From Spirochaetota bacterium (GTDB lineage: Bacteria; Spirochaetota; UBA4802; UBA5550), in the NCBI GenBank assembly GCA_009787025.1, contig WRGT01000071.1, positions 45-64,044 on the forward strand: 64,000 nucleotides of DNA, read 5' to 3'. The notes under the pieces were generated by a model, which saw nothing but the letters and a program-made list of their open reading frames with translations, searched no databases and was not told where the DNA came from. The position numbers and the translations under genes are program-made. Below, piece after piece: positions 1 to 9,825 of the stretch (positions are counted from its first letter, which is position 1; each line of letters opens with the position of its first letter).

Positions 1-288
1 AATTCGTATAATTCGATGCTAAAAATCCTTAAGTTTACGATGTTGGCTCTGACCCTATATCTGCGTTAGTCTTGCGTGCCTCATGTTCCCTGACAAATTA
101 TTGTTTATTTTAATAAAAAACAGATATAATACATTAAAAAAAACAAAAAAATTACCACTGAGTTACACGAAGGAAAGAAAGAAATGAGATAATCCCATAG
201 CGAAACCGATACAGCGAACATCATCAGTCCTAAAGCTGACTACTGCTACCGCATATCCTATGGGATTTTGTCCCAGCGGGTTTTGCTG

Positions 289-546
289 TTAAACCGGTTT
301 TTTCTTAGGAGCCGCTTTTTTTGCAGCCGGCTTCTTGACTGATGTTTTTGCAGCCGGTTCCTTTTTTACCGTTTCGTCAACAATCTCGGCAATAGGAGCA
401 TTTCTTTTAATGGAGTTAATCCCGTTAAGACACGAAGCTTTGCTTTCATAAGCTTCTCCTACAGCAATGATTTCACCATTAGGAGCCACCAGTCTGAATC
501 TAAATTTTTTTGCCTTATCATGATACACAACAAATTTTGCAGCCAC
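289..546 (-). CDS. YegP/DUF1508-family small protein with Lys/Ala/Pro-rich basic C-terminal tail
   Basis: 85 aa. The N-terminal part KFVVYHDKAKKFRFRLVAPNGEIIAVGEAYESKASCLNGINSIKRNA fits the YegP repeat pattern. The tail KKPAAKKAAPKKKPV is histone-H1-like. Confidence 0.7.
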   Translation of the reverse strand: MAAKFVVYHDKAKKFRFRLVAPNGEIIAVGEAYESKASCLNGINSIKRNAPIAEIVDETVKKEPAAKTSVKKPAAKKAAPKKKPV

Positions 547-878
547 AAGACCCTCCTGTAATTACTATTATTTTATTAACGGGAAAATATCCAATTTATC
601 AAACATTGAATTTTCAATAATTTATCCCAAAGTAATCTTATTATGAAAATAATAAAATGTAAAGTATTTTATGAAAAATATTTTAAAAATAAGACGTAAA
701 TTTTTTTCATACATGCTGCAAATACTAAGGATGACGAAATGGAATCGACAGTGAAGATGCATCTCATCTAAAGGCAAAGGCAGGATAGGAATTGGAGAGG
801 ATCTCTTTGTGTTTGCCCATACGTCACCCAAAACGAAGTAAACAGCAGGAACGTTATGTGCAATTTACCTTAAACTTG

Positions 879-906
879 TTGACAAAATATAGAAAAATTG
901 TATAAA
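879..906 (+). promoter_or_regulatory. sigma70-like promoter (TTGACA-N16-TATAAA) for the small-ORF pair
   Basis: TTGACA at 879-884 and TATAAA at 901-906, about 60 nt upstream of the 969 ORF. Confidence 0.4.
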
Positions 907-968
907 TACATACGCCCGAACTTGGTATCATTATCCATTTCGTATGACGAGTCCATTGGAGGTATTAA

Positions 969-1142
969 ATGATGAATAATTCATTAGAAAAGGCGTTAAA
1001 AGAAACATGGAAAAACAAGGAAAAATTTTATGAAGATACTAAACATTTGAGCATAATGGAAATAATAGAAAAAATCGAAGGGAAAAAATTCGGAATAAAG
1101 GAAAGCGAAGAAAAAATGTTATCGGGGAAAAGAATAAAATAA
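969..1142 (+). CDS. small hypothetical protein (57 aa)
   Basis: ATG preceded by GGAGG (957-961). Not in the ORF track because it is under 60 aa. Only a 4-nt gap to the next ORF suggests a two-gene module. Confidence 0.4.
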   Translation: MMNNSLEKALKETWKNKEKFYEDTKHLSIMEIIEKIEGKKFGIKESEEKMLSGKRIK

Positions 1143-1146
1143 TTAT

Positions 1147-1365
1147 ATGAAAATAACACCTAATGTAAACAATCTAGTGGAAATAAGAAAAATAGGTTTG
1201 CAGGCATTAAACGAAGCGTTGGGGTCTGTTGGGACGGTAAGATTTATTCAACAGTTTGAAAATGGCTATGGAGATTATACCAAAGAAAAATATCAACAGC
1301 CGGATTTAACGGTTGCAGAAATTGATATTTTATTAAAAACTAACAAAAATCAACAAAGCATATAA
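1147..1365 (+). CDS. small hypothetical protein (72 aa), possibly the partner of the upstream small ORF
   Basis: Tightly coupled to 969-1142. No recognisable catalytic motif. Confidence 0.45.
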   Translation: MKITPNVNNLVEIRKIGLQALNEALGSVGTVRFIQQFENGYGDYTKEKYQQPDLTVAEIDILLKTNKNQQSI

Positions 1366-1382
1366 CAGGACTATTTACGCCT

Positions 1383-1624
1383 GGGGCTGTCTAATAAGTA
1401 ACAGGCTGACAATCAGTTACATTCTTACGTCATTGCGAGCCGTATTTTAAGTTCTCCCGATAGAACAATGTAAACTCGGCGTGGCAATCCAGTGACAGTG
1501 AATAAATTAAGACTCTGGATTGCCACGCGCAGGTTACACAATCTATACTCAAGCATTGTTGAAGCGCTCGCAATGACGCAGGTATGTACTTATCGTTTAC
1601 TCTTGTTACTTATCAGACAGCCCC
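1383..1624. repeat. MITE-like nested inverted-repeat element, a gene-less relative of the GIY-YIG element at 38046-38490
   Basis: Outer IR: GGGGCTGTCTAATAAGTAACAG (1383-1404) against its complement at 1602-1624. Inner arms 1429-1492 and 1515-1577 are about 90 percent identical (left arm) to the arms flanking the GIY-YIG ORF. A 22-nt loop occupies the place of the ORF. Confidence 0.75.
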
Positions 1625-1644
1625 GAAAACAAATCCTTAATTCA

Positions 1645-2421
1645 TTACCTAATATTCTCCCTCAAGCGCGTCAGAAATTTCTCCATCTCTTCGGAATCTC
1701 TTGCCTTAATTATATGTGTTAAATATGAAAGCTGAGAGTTTATGCTTTCTATCTGCTTTAATGTATGGGGGCTAAAAAGAATCTCCGATATTAAAAAATC
1801 ATCTTCCGAGAGCAGACCCTTGGCAATCTCCATATGCTTTTTAAAAGTAGTCCCGGGGGCATCAATCTTTTTCATACATGCGGCAAATACTAATGATGAG
1901 GCAAACGGAGTTGACAGCGAATATGCTATAATCTCATCATGCTCCTTAAATGAATACTCATAAATATTCAACCTCAGCTCTCTAAACAGACTGCAAAAAA
2001 ACTCCTTACCCTCATTATCGGATTCGCTTATTACAATTACATTTTCGCTGCTTAAATCTCTCACATTCCCGAATGTAGGTCCAAACATCGGGTGAGACGA
2101 TACAAATCTCTTCCCAACCTTTTTATAATAGTCGGGAAGTCCGTCTTTAACCGATGTAATATCAGAGATTATACATTTATCCGAAATAAACGGGAAAACC
2201 GTATCAAAAACCTCTTCTGTTTTATTAAGGGTTACACAATTAATTACAAGTTCCGGATCAAAATCTTTAACCTCTTCAATATTAAGAAATCTGTTTACAT
2301 TAATAAAATGTTTAAGCTTTTTAGCATCTATATCAAAAACCGCAACTTCATGGTCGTGGCAGAGCTCCTCTGTAAGCCAACTCCCCATATGACCTGCTCC
2401 GATTATAAATATTCTCATCAT
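1645..2421 (-). CDS. tyrA: prephenate dehydrogenase
   Basis: N-terminal Rossmann motif IIGAGHMGSW. Size and position as the last gene of the aro/phe/tyr operon; 4-nt overlap with pheA. Confidence 0.7.
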   Translation of the reverse strand: MMRIFIIGAGHMGSWLTEELCHDHEVAVFDIDAKKLKHFINVNRFLNIEEVKDFDPELVINCVTLNKTEEVFDTVFPFISDKCIISDITSVKDGLPDYYKKVGKRFVSSHPMFGPTFGNVRDLSSENVIVISESDNEGKEFFCSLFRELRLNIYEYSFKEHDEIIAYSLSTPFASSLVFAACMKKIDAPGTTFKKHMEIAKGLLSEDDFLISEILFSPHTLKQIESINSQLSYLTHIIKARDSEEMEKFLTRLRENIR

Positions 2422-3497
2422 TCCACCTCGCTAAAATTTTGATTTATAATAAATTTTTCTATATAGCAGCCCAGCAGTCTAAAATCAGTTGTAGCTTCGG
2501 CAACATCATTAAGAACCTCTTGAACAGCAGGATCATTATTACTCCCTTCAAAGTCTATAAAAAACGAATAGCTTCCCGGTTCGGTCGGTATAGATTCTAT
2601 CCTTGTAAGATTTATACCTGCATCGGCAAAAATTTTAAGTACGCTAAAGAGCGCGCCCGATTTATGCTGAACAGAGAATGTAACAGAGCATTTTGTTCCC
2701 TGACACTCGCTGTTCTCCTTAGATAAGACTAAAAACCTTGTTCTGTTATTTTTAAAATCCTGTATGTTATCCTTAATGACCTCCAAGTTGTACAATTCTG
2801 CTGCAAGCTTGCCGGAAATACACGCCGCTCCCCTTGGCTTTGCTTCGGCAAGCATCCTTGCAGAACCTGCAGTATCATAAAAAGGTACCGGCGTTAACTT
2901 ATTCCTTGCAAGAAAACTTCTGCATTGAGACAGGGCTTGTGAGTGTGAGTACACCTCTTTTATCTCTCTGTGATCAGTACCCGGAGGAGCTAAGAGATTA
3001 TGACAGATCGGAATATCAATAGCACCCGCAATAAAGACCTCCGTATTAATTAAAAGTTCATAAACAGACTCAACTATTCCGGCGCGAGTGTTTTCAACAG
3101 GCACAATACCAAAATCAAACAGACCTGAGTTTACTCTTTCAAAGACCTCATTGAATGTTGTACAAGGGATTGCCAAAAGGTCATTATCCCATTTACACGC
3201 CGCATCTTCACTATATGCTCCATGCTCGCCCTGAAATCCTATAACTTTATAATCCCTTGCTTGAAGTTTTTTACTCCACGAAATTATAAGCCCATATATG
3301 CTCTCTTTAAATTCAGGTTCGAGGAGCAGATTTGGAGAAGTTTTAATCTTTTCCATTATCGCATTCTCCCTTTCTAAATCCTCAATTGAATTCTTAAATC
3401 TTTTTGCAAGCAGAGCCTGTTCCATTCTGTCATTCAACAGCTTTAATATCTTTGAATCTATCTGATCTATTGTGCTTCTAATTTTGTTAAGATCCAT
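2418..3497 (-). CDS. pheA: bifunctional chorismate mutase / prephenate dehydratase (P-protein) with ACT domain
   Basis: N-terminal type II chorismate mutase helix (MDLNKIRSTIDQIDSKILKLLNDR), a PDT core and a C-terminal ACT-like segment (SGALFSVLKIFADAGINLTRIESIP). Start moved to ATG 3497, which has GGAG 8 nt upstream. Confidence 0.85.
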   Translation of the reverse strand: MDLNKIRSTIDQIDSKILKLLNDRMEQALLAKRFKNSIEDLERENAIMEKIKTSPNLLLEPEFKESIYGLIISWSKKLQARDYKVIGFQGEHGAYSEDAACKWDNDLLAIPCTTFNEVFERVNSGLFDFGIVPVENTRAGIVESVYELLINTEVFIAGAIDIPICHNLLAPPGTDHREIKEVYSHSQALSQCRSFLARNKLTPVPFYDTAGSARMLAEAKPRGAACISGKLAAELYNLEVIKDNIQDFKNNRTRFLVLSKENSECQGTKCSVTFSVQHKSGALFSVLKIFADAGINLTRIESIPTEPGSYSFFIDFEGSNNDPAVQEVLNDVAEATTDFRLLGCYIEKFIINQNFSEVE

Positions 3498-3498
3498 T

Positions 3499-4491
3499 TT
3501 ATATACTCCAACAATTATCAATTATATACTTAAGATATAAATCTGCCATAGCAATTGCTGCGCATGCTTCAAATATTACAGGAGCGCGAAGCGCAATACA
3601 AGCGTCGTGCCTCCCATTTATTGACAGATTCTCAATCTCGCCTGTTTCAATATTTATCGTCTCCTGCGCAAGTCCTATACTCGGCGTAGGCTTTACTGCA
3701 ACCCTGAATACAACATCATTGCCGTTAGTAATGCCGCCGCTTATTCCGCCTGCATTATTAGTTGCAGTCTTTCCATCTGTTGAGATTATCATGTCATTAT
3801 GCCCGCTCCCCTTCATTCTTGCAGATGCAAAACCCGAACCGAACTCTATCCCTTTAACAGCAGGAACCGAAAAAATTATATGACTTATATCGGATTCGCA
3901 TGAATTAAAAAACGGTTCGCCGAGTCCCGCAGGCAGTCCGGCTAATTTAACCTCAATAATACCGCCGACAGAATCGCCCGACAACAGAACTTCATCTATA
4001 ATGCTTTGATAATTCTCTTTGCCTCCTATTTCAACTATCCTTGAACTTATAGTTACTCCTTTTAAAATTTTCTTTGCAAGAACTCCAGCAGCAACAAGGG
4101 GGAGTGTAATCCTTCCTGAGAAATGTCCTCCCCCTCGATTGTCATTAAAGCCCTTATATTTTTTCATTGCTGTAAAATCCGCATGACCCGGTCTTGGAAT
4201 AGTGTTAAATCTTTCATAATCTTTTGATATGGTATTATTATTCTTGAACATTATTGTAACAGGCGCGCCTGTAGTCTTAGCATTAAATATACCGCTGACT
4301 ATATCAGGTCTGTCCGGCTCTCTCCTTGCAGTCGTACCTCTCTCGCGGGGCATTCTTCTTTTTATGTCGTCTTCCATATCAAGTTCGGAAAAATCTATAC
4401 CTGCCGGCGCGCCGTCAATAATTATTCCGATTGATGGTCCGTGCGATTCGCCGAATATTGAAACTCTGAAAATATTTCCAAAACTATTCAT
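3499..4491 (-). CDS. aroC: chorismate synthase
   Basis: N-terminal signature FGESHG (RVSIFGESHGPSIG). Operon context. Confidence 0.9.
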   Translation of the reverse strand: MNSFGNIFRVSIFGESHGPSIGIIIDGAPAGIDFSELDMEDDIKRRMPRERGTTARREPDRPDIVSGIFNAKTTGAPVTIMFKNNNTISKDYERFNTIPRPGHADFTAMKKYKGFNDNRGGGHFSGRITLPLVAAGVLAKKILKGVTISSRIVEIGGKENYQSIIDEVLLSGDSVGGIIEVKLAGLPAGLGEPFFNSCESDISHIIFSVPAVKGIEFGSGFASARMKGSGHNDMIISTDGKTATNNAGGISGGITNGNDVVFRVAVKPTPSIGLAQETINIETGEIENLSINGRHDACIALRAPVIFEACAAIAMADLYLKYIIDNCWSI

Positions 4492-5735
4492 TCTACTTTT
4501 ACTCCAAGTTTTAAGAGATTATTAAAAAAATTATTATATGACTTATTTACACACTCCGCATCTTCAATTGCAACTCTGCCGAATCCGTTTAAAGAAGCTA
4601 TTGCGCAAGCCATAGCTATTCTATGATCTCCATGGGAATTGACCTCTCCTCCTGCAATATCCGACCCTTTGATTATCATGCGATTATTATCTATTCTGAC
4701 AACTCCGCCTAATTTTTCAAATTCCGATTTAATGGCATCTCCCCTGTTGCTCTCTTTATCTTTAAGTCTGTCGGCACCATTAATTACGCTTTCTCCTTTG
4801 CAGTGGATTGCAAGAACCGCAAGAGGAGGTATAAGGTCGGGACAATCGTCGGCATTAAATTCAAATCCGTTCAGATTCTCTTTACTAACCTCAACAAAAT
4901 CTTTGCCGATATTTACATTAGCTCCGCACTGCTTTAAAGCTGTAATAATCTCTCTGTCGCCTTGAGATGAAGACATATTAAGTCCTCTGATTGTTACATT
5001 TCCTGCAATTGCCCCTGCGCATAGAATAAATGCAGCGCCGCTCCAATCTCCCTCTATCTCTATTTTAGCCGGCTTATAACTTTGACCACCCTTTATTATA
5101 AATTCTTCATATTCGCGATTCTCTATATCAACAGCAAAATCTTTTAAAACTTCAATGGTCATATCTATATACTTTCTGCTTGTAAGATTCTTAACCTTAA
5201 TTACACTGTCTTTTTCAGCAGCAGGGAGAGCCATGAGCAGCCCTGTTAAAAACTGTGAGCTTAAACTTCCGTCTATCTCTGCATAGCCGCCTTTTAACAT
5301 CGATGAAATCTCAATCGGCAGAAGACCACCATTTGATTTTACCGACACTCCAAGTGATAATAAACCGTCTTCAATTCTGGATACAGGCCGCTTTGTTAAA
5401 GAACCTCTGCCTGTTAATACTACCCGCTTCCCTGTAAGAGCTGCAATAGGAGTAAACATTCTGATACATAAGCCTGACTCTCCGCAGTTGAGCATATCGG
5501 ATCTAAGGTTTACTCCGCCCTTAATTATTACCACATCAGAATTCCTCATTATCGAAGCGCCAAGACCCTCTGCTACACTCAATGCGGATATGGAGTCTTC
5601 GCAGAAAGTCGGATTTGCAATTAAGCTCTCGCCGTCTGCAAGGAGCGCACCGGCAATTACCCTCTGCATAAAGCTCTTTGATGCGGTTGCCTGTATGGTT
5701 CCATCGATCTTAGAAGGATAAACGTATTTCTTCAT
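4488..5735 (-). CDS. aroA: 3-phosphoshikimate 1-carboxyvinyltransferase (EPSP synthase)
   Basis: 415 aa with a KESNR motif and EPSPS-like fold repeats. Overlaps its neighbours in the aro operon. Confidence 0.85.
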   Translation of the reverse strand: MKKYVYPSKIDGTIQATASKSFMQRVIAGALLADGESLIANPTFCEDSISALSVAEGLGASIMRNSDVVIIKGGVNLRSDMLNCGESGLCIRMFTPIAALTGKRVVLTGRGSLTKRPVSRIEDGLLSLGVSVKSNGGLLPIEISSMLKGGYAEIDGSLSSQFLTGLLMALPAAEKDSVIKVKNLTSRKYIDMTIEVLKDFAVDIENREYEEFIIKGGQSYKPAKIEIEGDWSGAAFILCAGAIAGNVTIRGLNMSSSQGDREIITALKQCGANVNIGKDFVEVSKENLNGFEFNADDCPDLIPPLAVLAIHCKGESVINGADRLKDKESNRGDAIKSEFEKLGGVVRIDNNRMIIKGSDIAGGEVNSHGDHRIAMACAIASLNGFGRVAIEDAECVNKSYNNFFNNLLKLGVKVE

Positions 5736-7011
5736 TTATAAACTCCGCTGTCTCTTTTGGTGAACCTTCCGACAAAACAATAGACCCGCATGTTGATGCA
5801 TAAAATCTTTTCCTTTTATCAAAAAGTTCATAAACTTCTTTTGTATCTTTCATCGAATTGATTATTGGTCTTGTGCCGTCTAAAACTCTCTTGATTGTAG
5901 AATCCATATTACAGTAAAGCCATATACACTCCGTTTCATTTATAAGAAACTCCCTGTTCTCTTCTTTAAGAGGAATCCCTCCGCCGCATGATATAACAAG
6001 ATTTTTGCCGCCTTTAAATGATTTAAGAATATCCGATTCAAGCGCGCGAAACTTATCTTCACCTATAGAGGTAAATATTTCACTTACTGTTTTGGACATC
6101 TTCTTTTCAATAATCTCATCAATATCAATAAAATCCATTCTCTTCATATATGCCAGTTCTCTTCCGACAGAACTCTTACCTGCGCCCATAAATCCAATCA
6201 GGGATATAATATCTCTCTCTTTTCGTAAATTCAAAGCCTCGGAATAGACCATATCAAAGCCCGGGATAAAATCTAAAAATTTTTTGCATGCATATATCGC
6301 TTGATAGACCAGCCATTCTTCACCGGGTATAAATGTTATGCCGGATTTTTCACACATATCTTTGTAGTGAGTCTTTTTATACGATGCATCCAAAAATAGA
6401 CTCCCTCTTTTCATTGATGATATATCAACAGGATCCGCTTCATACGGAAGCGTTGATATGACAATATCCGCTTCTTTAATATACTTTTCTATATTTGATA
6501 GAGAATCATAACTTGTTCCCAACCTGAGGGCTGTGTTGTTTAAGTCTCTCATTGTTCTGTTTAATATTGTAACTTGCGAGCCCAAAGAAGAAAGACCAAA
6601 TGCAGCAGACAATCCTGCTCCTCCTGCTCCCAGAACTATAACCCTCTTAAACTTCAACGAATCTAATCTATGCTCAAACGGCAATGAAGCGCCTGAATAA
6701 TCGGTATTATATCCCCTGAGATTTCCATCAAGATTAACTGCCGTATTAACGCTGTTGACGGCATTGACCTCTTCCGAGACGGAATCTAAATGGGCAATAA
6801 CGCTGTTTTTAAACGGAGCTGTTATATTCAGTCCGTTAAAATCCAATTCTTTACATAATCTAATTCCATCATCAATCCACTTTACGGCAATCCTGATATA
6901 TGATGCGTCAATATTATACTCTCTGAATATTGATCTGAAAATATTCGGACTCTTGCTGTGAAAAACCGGATGTCCCACAATGCCAAAGAGTTTATGCTCG
7001 CTGCATTCCAT
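5710..7011 (-). CDS. aroE/aroK: fused shikimate dehydrogenase (N) / shikimate kinase (C)
   Basis: The N-terminal GHPVFHSKSPNIF is an AroE signature. The C-terminal P-loop GFMGAGKSSVGRELA is typical of AroK. Single 433-aa ORF. Confidence 0.85.
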   Translation of the reverse strand: MECSEHKLFGIVGHPVFHSKSPNIFRSIFREYNIDASYIRIAVKWIDDGIRLCKELDFNGLNITAPFKNSVIAHLDSVSEEVNAVNSVNTAVNLDGNLRGYNTDYSGASLPFEHRLDSLKFKRVIVLGAGGAGLSAAFGLSSLGSQVTILNRTMRDLNNTALRLGTSYDSLSNIEKYIKEADIVISTLPYEADPVDISSMKRGSLFLDASYKKTHYKDMCEKSGITFIPGEEWLVYQAIYACKKFLDFIPGFDMVYSEALNLRKERDIISLIGFMGAGKSSVGRELAYMKRMDFIDIDEIIEKKMSKTVSEIFTSIGEDKFRALESDILKSFKGGKNLVISCGGGIPLKEENREFLINETECIWLYCNMDSTIKRVLDGTRPIINSMKDTKEVYELFDKRKRFYASTCGSIVLSEGSPKETAEFINEEIRLSF

Positions 7012-7012
7012 A

Positions 7013-7660
7013 CTACAAAGCCTTTATCATCTCTAAAATTTCTTTCAATTTCCTTGAATCTATCTGACCCGGAGCGGTTTTTTTTCTATCATCTATTGAT
7101 GCGTATGTAAAGGCAGCTCCAAGCAGCAGAGAGGCAATTCTGGTAATCTTTCCCATGTTTCCCATTCCTATAGATATTATAGAATCTCCATAGCCGTACA
7201 GCGATAACAGCCTTGCGCATTCTTCATAAGAATTTGCATAGCAGCAAATTTTAGCAATGTCGCATTTACTGTCAAAGCACCATTTTATGATCTCTTCAAG
7301 TTCATTGATAAGCGGGGTTTTATTGTAGTCATGGTATGAAACTATTATTTTACAGCCTTTTGATTTAGCTGTCCGGGTAATGTCATTTTTAAAATCATCG
7401 CTGCTCTCAACTTCAATATCAACATATTGAGCGCCTGCATTTATTGCAGCTATCAACCATTTTTTTCTTTCACTCTCCGTAACAACCTCGGTTGGTCTAT
7501 ATGTTACTATTGTACTGTTTTTAGCCGAAAATAATTTTGAAATATCATCTTTGTTAAAAACCAATCTGTCTAATCTTACTTCGGAGAGTTCATTACTCTG
7601 AATAATATTAAGCGCCTCATCTATTGTTACATCTGCAATACTTATACATATCATATTCAA
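7013..7660 (-). CDS. aroD: 3-dehydroquinate dehydratase, type I
   Basis: 215 aa with a type I pattern including SIGMGNMGKITRI. Operon context. Confidence 0.8.
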   Translation of the reverse strand: MNMICISIADVTIDEALNIIQSNELSEVRLDRLVFNKDDISKLFSAKNSTIVTYRPTEVVTESERKKWLIAAINAGAQYVDIEVESSDDFKNDITRTAKSKGCKIIVSYHDYNKTPLINELEEIIKWCFDSKCDIAKICCYANSYEECARLLSLYGYGDSIISIGMGNMGKITRIASLLLGAAFTYASIDDRKKTAPGQIDSRKLKEILEMIKAL

Positions 7661-8712
7661 TTACCTCTCTCAATATAGTCTAATATATATTCGGTAAGCT
7701 CATCATAGTCTATTTTTTTAATTACACTTCTGCCAATCCCGTTAAGGAGAACAAAATCAACGCCGTCCGTATCTCTTTTTTTATCGCTCCGTACTGCATC
7801 TATTATCTCGGATATATTTTTTTTATCTGCAACCTCATTAAGCGCAGCAGGAAGTCCGAAATATTTAAGTATATCAACAATCTCTCTTTCAACAGATAAA
7901 CTTAAAAGTCCCGAATCTCTTGATATATACAGAGCAAAAGAGATACCAATGGCGACTGCAAATCCATGCTTCAAAGATTTAACCTTTTCTATTCCATGCC
8001 CCAGAGTGTGACCAAGGTTTAGAATTTTTCGCACACCCGTCTCCTTTTCATCCTCTTCAACTATCTTAGCCTTAAACTTTACGGATTTATATACAGCCTC
8101 AGAGATAATATCCTCATTACGTTTAAGCAGCTTTTCTCTGTTATCCGAAATAAATTGAAACAGACCGTCATTATCTAAGCAGGAAGTTTTAATCAATTCG
8201 GCTATGCCGTTTATATACTCATCATCGGGAAGGGTCTTTAACATACTGTGATCGCATATTACAAATTCAGGCTGATTTATTGTTCCTATCATATTCTTCA
8301 AGCCGTCGATATTGACTCCGTTCTTACCGCCAACGCTTGCATCGACCTGTGACAGAAGACTTGAAGATATAAACCCAAAATTTAATCCGCGCATATATAT
8401 TGAGGCTGCAAATCCTGCAATATCCGATACAACTCCCCCTCCTATTCCAAGAATAAATGTCTTCCTGTCACACCGGAGCTCAATGAGTTTTTTAATAATA
8501 TATTCTATCGTTGAGATATTTTTTATCTCTTCGCCCGTACCAATAACTATTGTTCGATAGTGCGAAAACAATCCGGAGTATAATCTATTAACATTTTCAT
8601 CGGTAATTATCACCGTGTTTTCTATTGAGGCGTAATTGTTAATGTTCTCTATTGATTCCCCAATCTTTACTATCGAGCTGCTACTGCCGGCAGTTATTAC
8701 GATCTCTTTCAA
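7657..8712 (-). CDS. aroB: 3-dehydroquinate synthase
   Basis: GGGVVSDIAGFAA and NLGHTLGHGIE motifs. Confidence 0.9.
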   Translation of the reverse strand: MKEIVITAGSSSSIVKIGESIENINNYASIENTVIITDENVNRLYSGLFSHYRTIVIGTGEEIKNISTIEYIIKKLIELRCDRKTFILGIGGGVVSDIAGFAASIYMRGLNFGFISSSLLSQVDASVGGKNGVNIDGLKNMIGTINQPEFVICDHSMLKTLPDDEYINGIAELIKTSCLDNDGLFQFISDNREKLLKRNEDIISEAVYKSVKFKAKIVEEDEKETGVRKILNLGHTLGHGIEKVKSLKHGFAVAIGISFALYISRDSGLLSLSVEREIVDILKYFGLPAALNEVADKKNISEIIDAVRSDKKRDTDGVDFVLLNGIGRSVIKKIDYDELTEYILDYIERGN

Positions 8713-8733
8713 TTTATTCCTCTGTATATGTTT

Positions 8734-9552
8734 TCATGAATCTAAAGAATCGATAAACTTTTTTAACTTAAGAACCTTTTCTGTTATACTATAAAACTGT
8801 TCAGGCGTGAGCTGTTGATCTGCATCGCTCTTTGCCTCTTCGGGATTTATATGGACCTCAATTAAAAGTCCGTCTGCGCCTGCGGCAACAGAGGCTAAGC
8901 ACATAGGTTCAATGAGGCTTAGTTTACCTGTCCCATGTGACGGATCTACCATAATGGGAAGATGAGTTAATTCCTTCACCGCCGGTATAATGCTAAGGTC
9001 AAGGGTATTTCTTGTATATGTCTCAAAGGTTCTTATCCCCCTTTCACATAATATTACATCGGGATTTCCTTCGGCTAATATATATTCGGCGCAGTTAAGC
9101 CACTCTCTAAGCGTTGAGTACATTCCTCTTTTTAAAAGTATAGGTTTTTTGGATTTACCCACCTCTTTAAGGAGTGAAAAATTCTGCATATTCCTTGCGC
9201 CTATTTGTAAAATGTCGGCATACTCACACACCCAGGAAACATCTCTTGGGTCTATGACCTCTGTAACTATTGGAAGACCTGTTTGCTCCTTAGCCTTCTC
9301 AAGAATCTTAAGTCCCTTTAAACCCAAGCCTTGAAAATCGTATGGAGACGTGCGCGGCTTAAAAGCTCCGCCTCTTAACATATTGCCATTCCCCTTTTTT
9401 ACAGCCTCTGCAGTCTGCATAGTCTGCTCCTCACTCTCAACAGAACATGGACCTGCAATAATTACAAAATCTTTTCCAATAGTCGAATCGCCTATTTTAA
9501 TTGTACTCCGCTCTTTAAAATCATTTAGTTTTACAAGTTTAAGATTTTTCAT
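8734..9552 (-). CDS. aroF: 3-deoxy-7-phosphoheptulonate (DAHP) synthase, type I-beta, catalytic core only
   Basis: 272 aa, KDO8PS/DAHPS I-beta-like ([16 protein letters not shown]). No N- or C-terminal regulatory domain. GGAG lies 9 nt upstream of the ATG. Confidence 0.85.
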   Translation of the reverse strand: MKNLKLVKLNDFKERSTIKIGDSTIGKDFVIIAGPCSVESEEQTMQTAEAVKKGNGNMLRGGAFKPRTSPYDFQGLGLKGLKILEKAKEQTGLPIVTEVIDPRDVSWVCEYADILQIGARNMQNFSLLKEVGKSKKPILLKRGMYSTLREWLNCAEYILAEGNPDVILCERGIRTFETYTRNTLDLSIIPAVKELTHLPIMVDPSHGTGKLSLIEPMCLASVAAGADGLLIEVHINPEEAKSDADQQLTPEQFYSITEKVLKLKKFIDSLDS

Positions 9553-9602
9553 CTATATTCTCCGTAACATCTATATTCTCTTTAATTTAACTAAAAGCAT
9601 TA

Positions 9603-9641
9603 TCAAAAAAAAGCCCTTTGAGTTTTTATCAAAGGGCTTTG
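9603..9641 (-). terminator. rho-independent terminator (attenuator) between the leader ORF and the DAHP synthase gene
   Basis: On the minus strand: AAAGCCCUUUGA, a 7-nt loop, UCAAAGGGCUUU, then a U run. Perfect 12-bp stem, about 50 nt before the aroF start. Confidence 0.8.
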
Positions 9642-9669
9642 CATAATATATTCTTATGATAAAACTCGT

Positions 9670-9783
9670 TCAGTTCATTATATTGTTTCCATAGTAGTAA
9701 AAATAGAAATATCCAAAGCCAAAAGACTTCGGTTTCATCATTGAAAAAATACCATTAACTAATTGTTTTGTCATAGATTTCAT
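9670..9783 (-). CDS. putative Phe/Tyr-rich leader peptide of the aro operon
   Basis: M(KSM)TKQLVNGIFSMMKPKSFGFGYFYFYYYGNNIMN. Start at ATG 9783 or 9774. 9 of 11 consecutive codons are Phe/Tyr. The stop lies 30 nt before the terminator. No strong SD. Confidence 0.6.
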   Translation of the reverse strand: MKSMTKQLVNGIFSMMKPKSFGFGYFYFYYYGNNIMN

Positions 9784-9825
9784 AAGTTTTTAAAAAAATT
9801 CTTTCCAATAGTTTTAATATATCGA

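Noticed and set aside
622-831. 69-aa ORF on the minus strand.
   Set aside because: It has a low-complexity AT-rich sequence, no SD and no recognisable motif. It lies in a promoter-like intergenic region.
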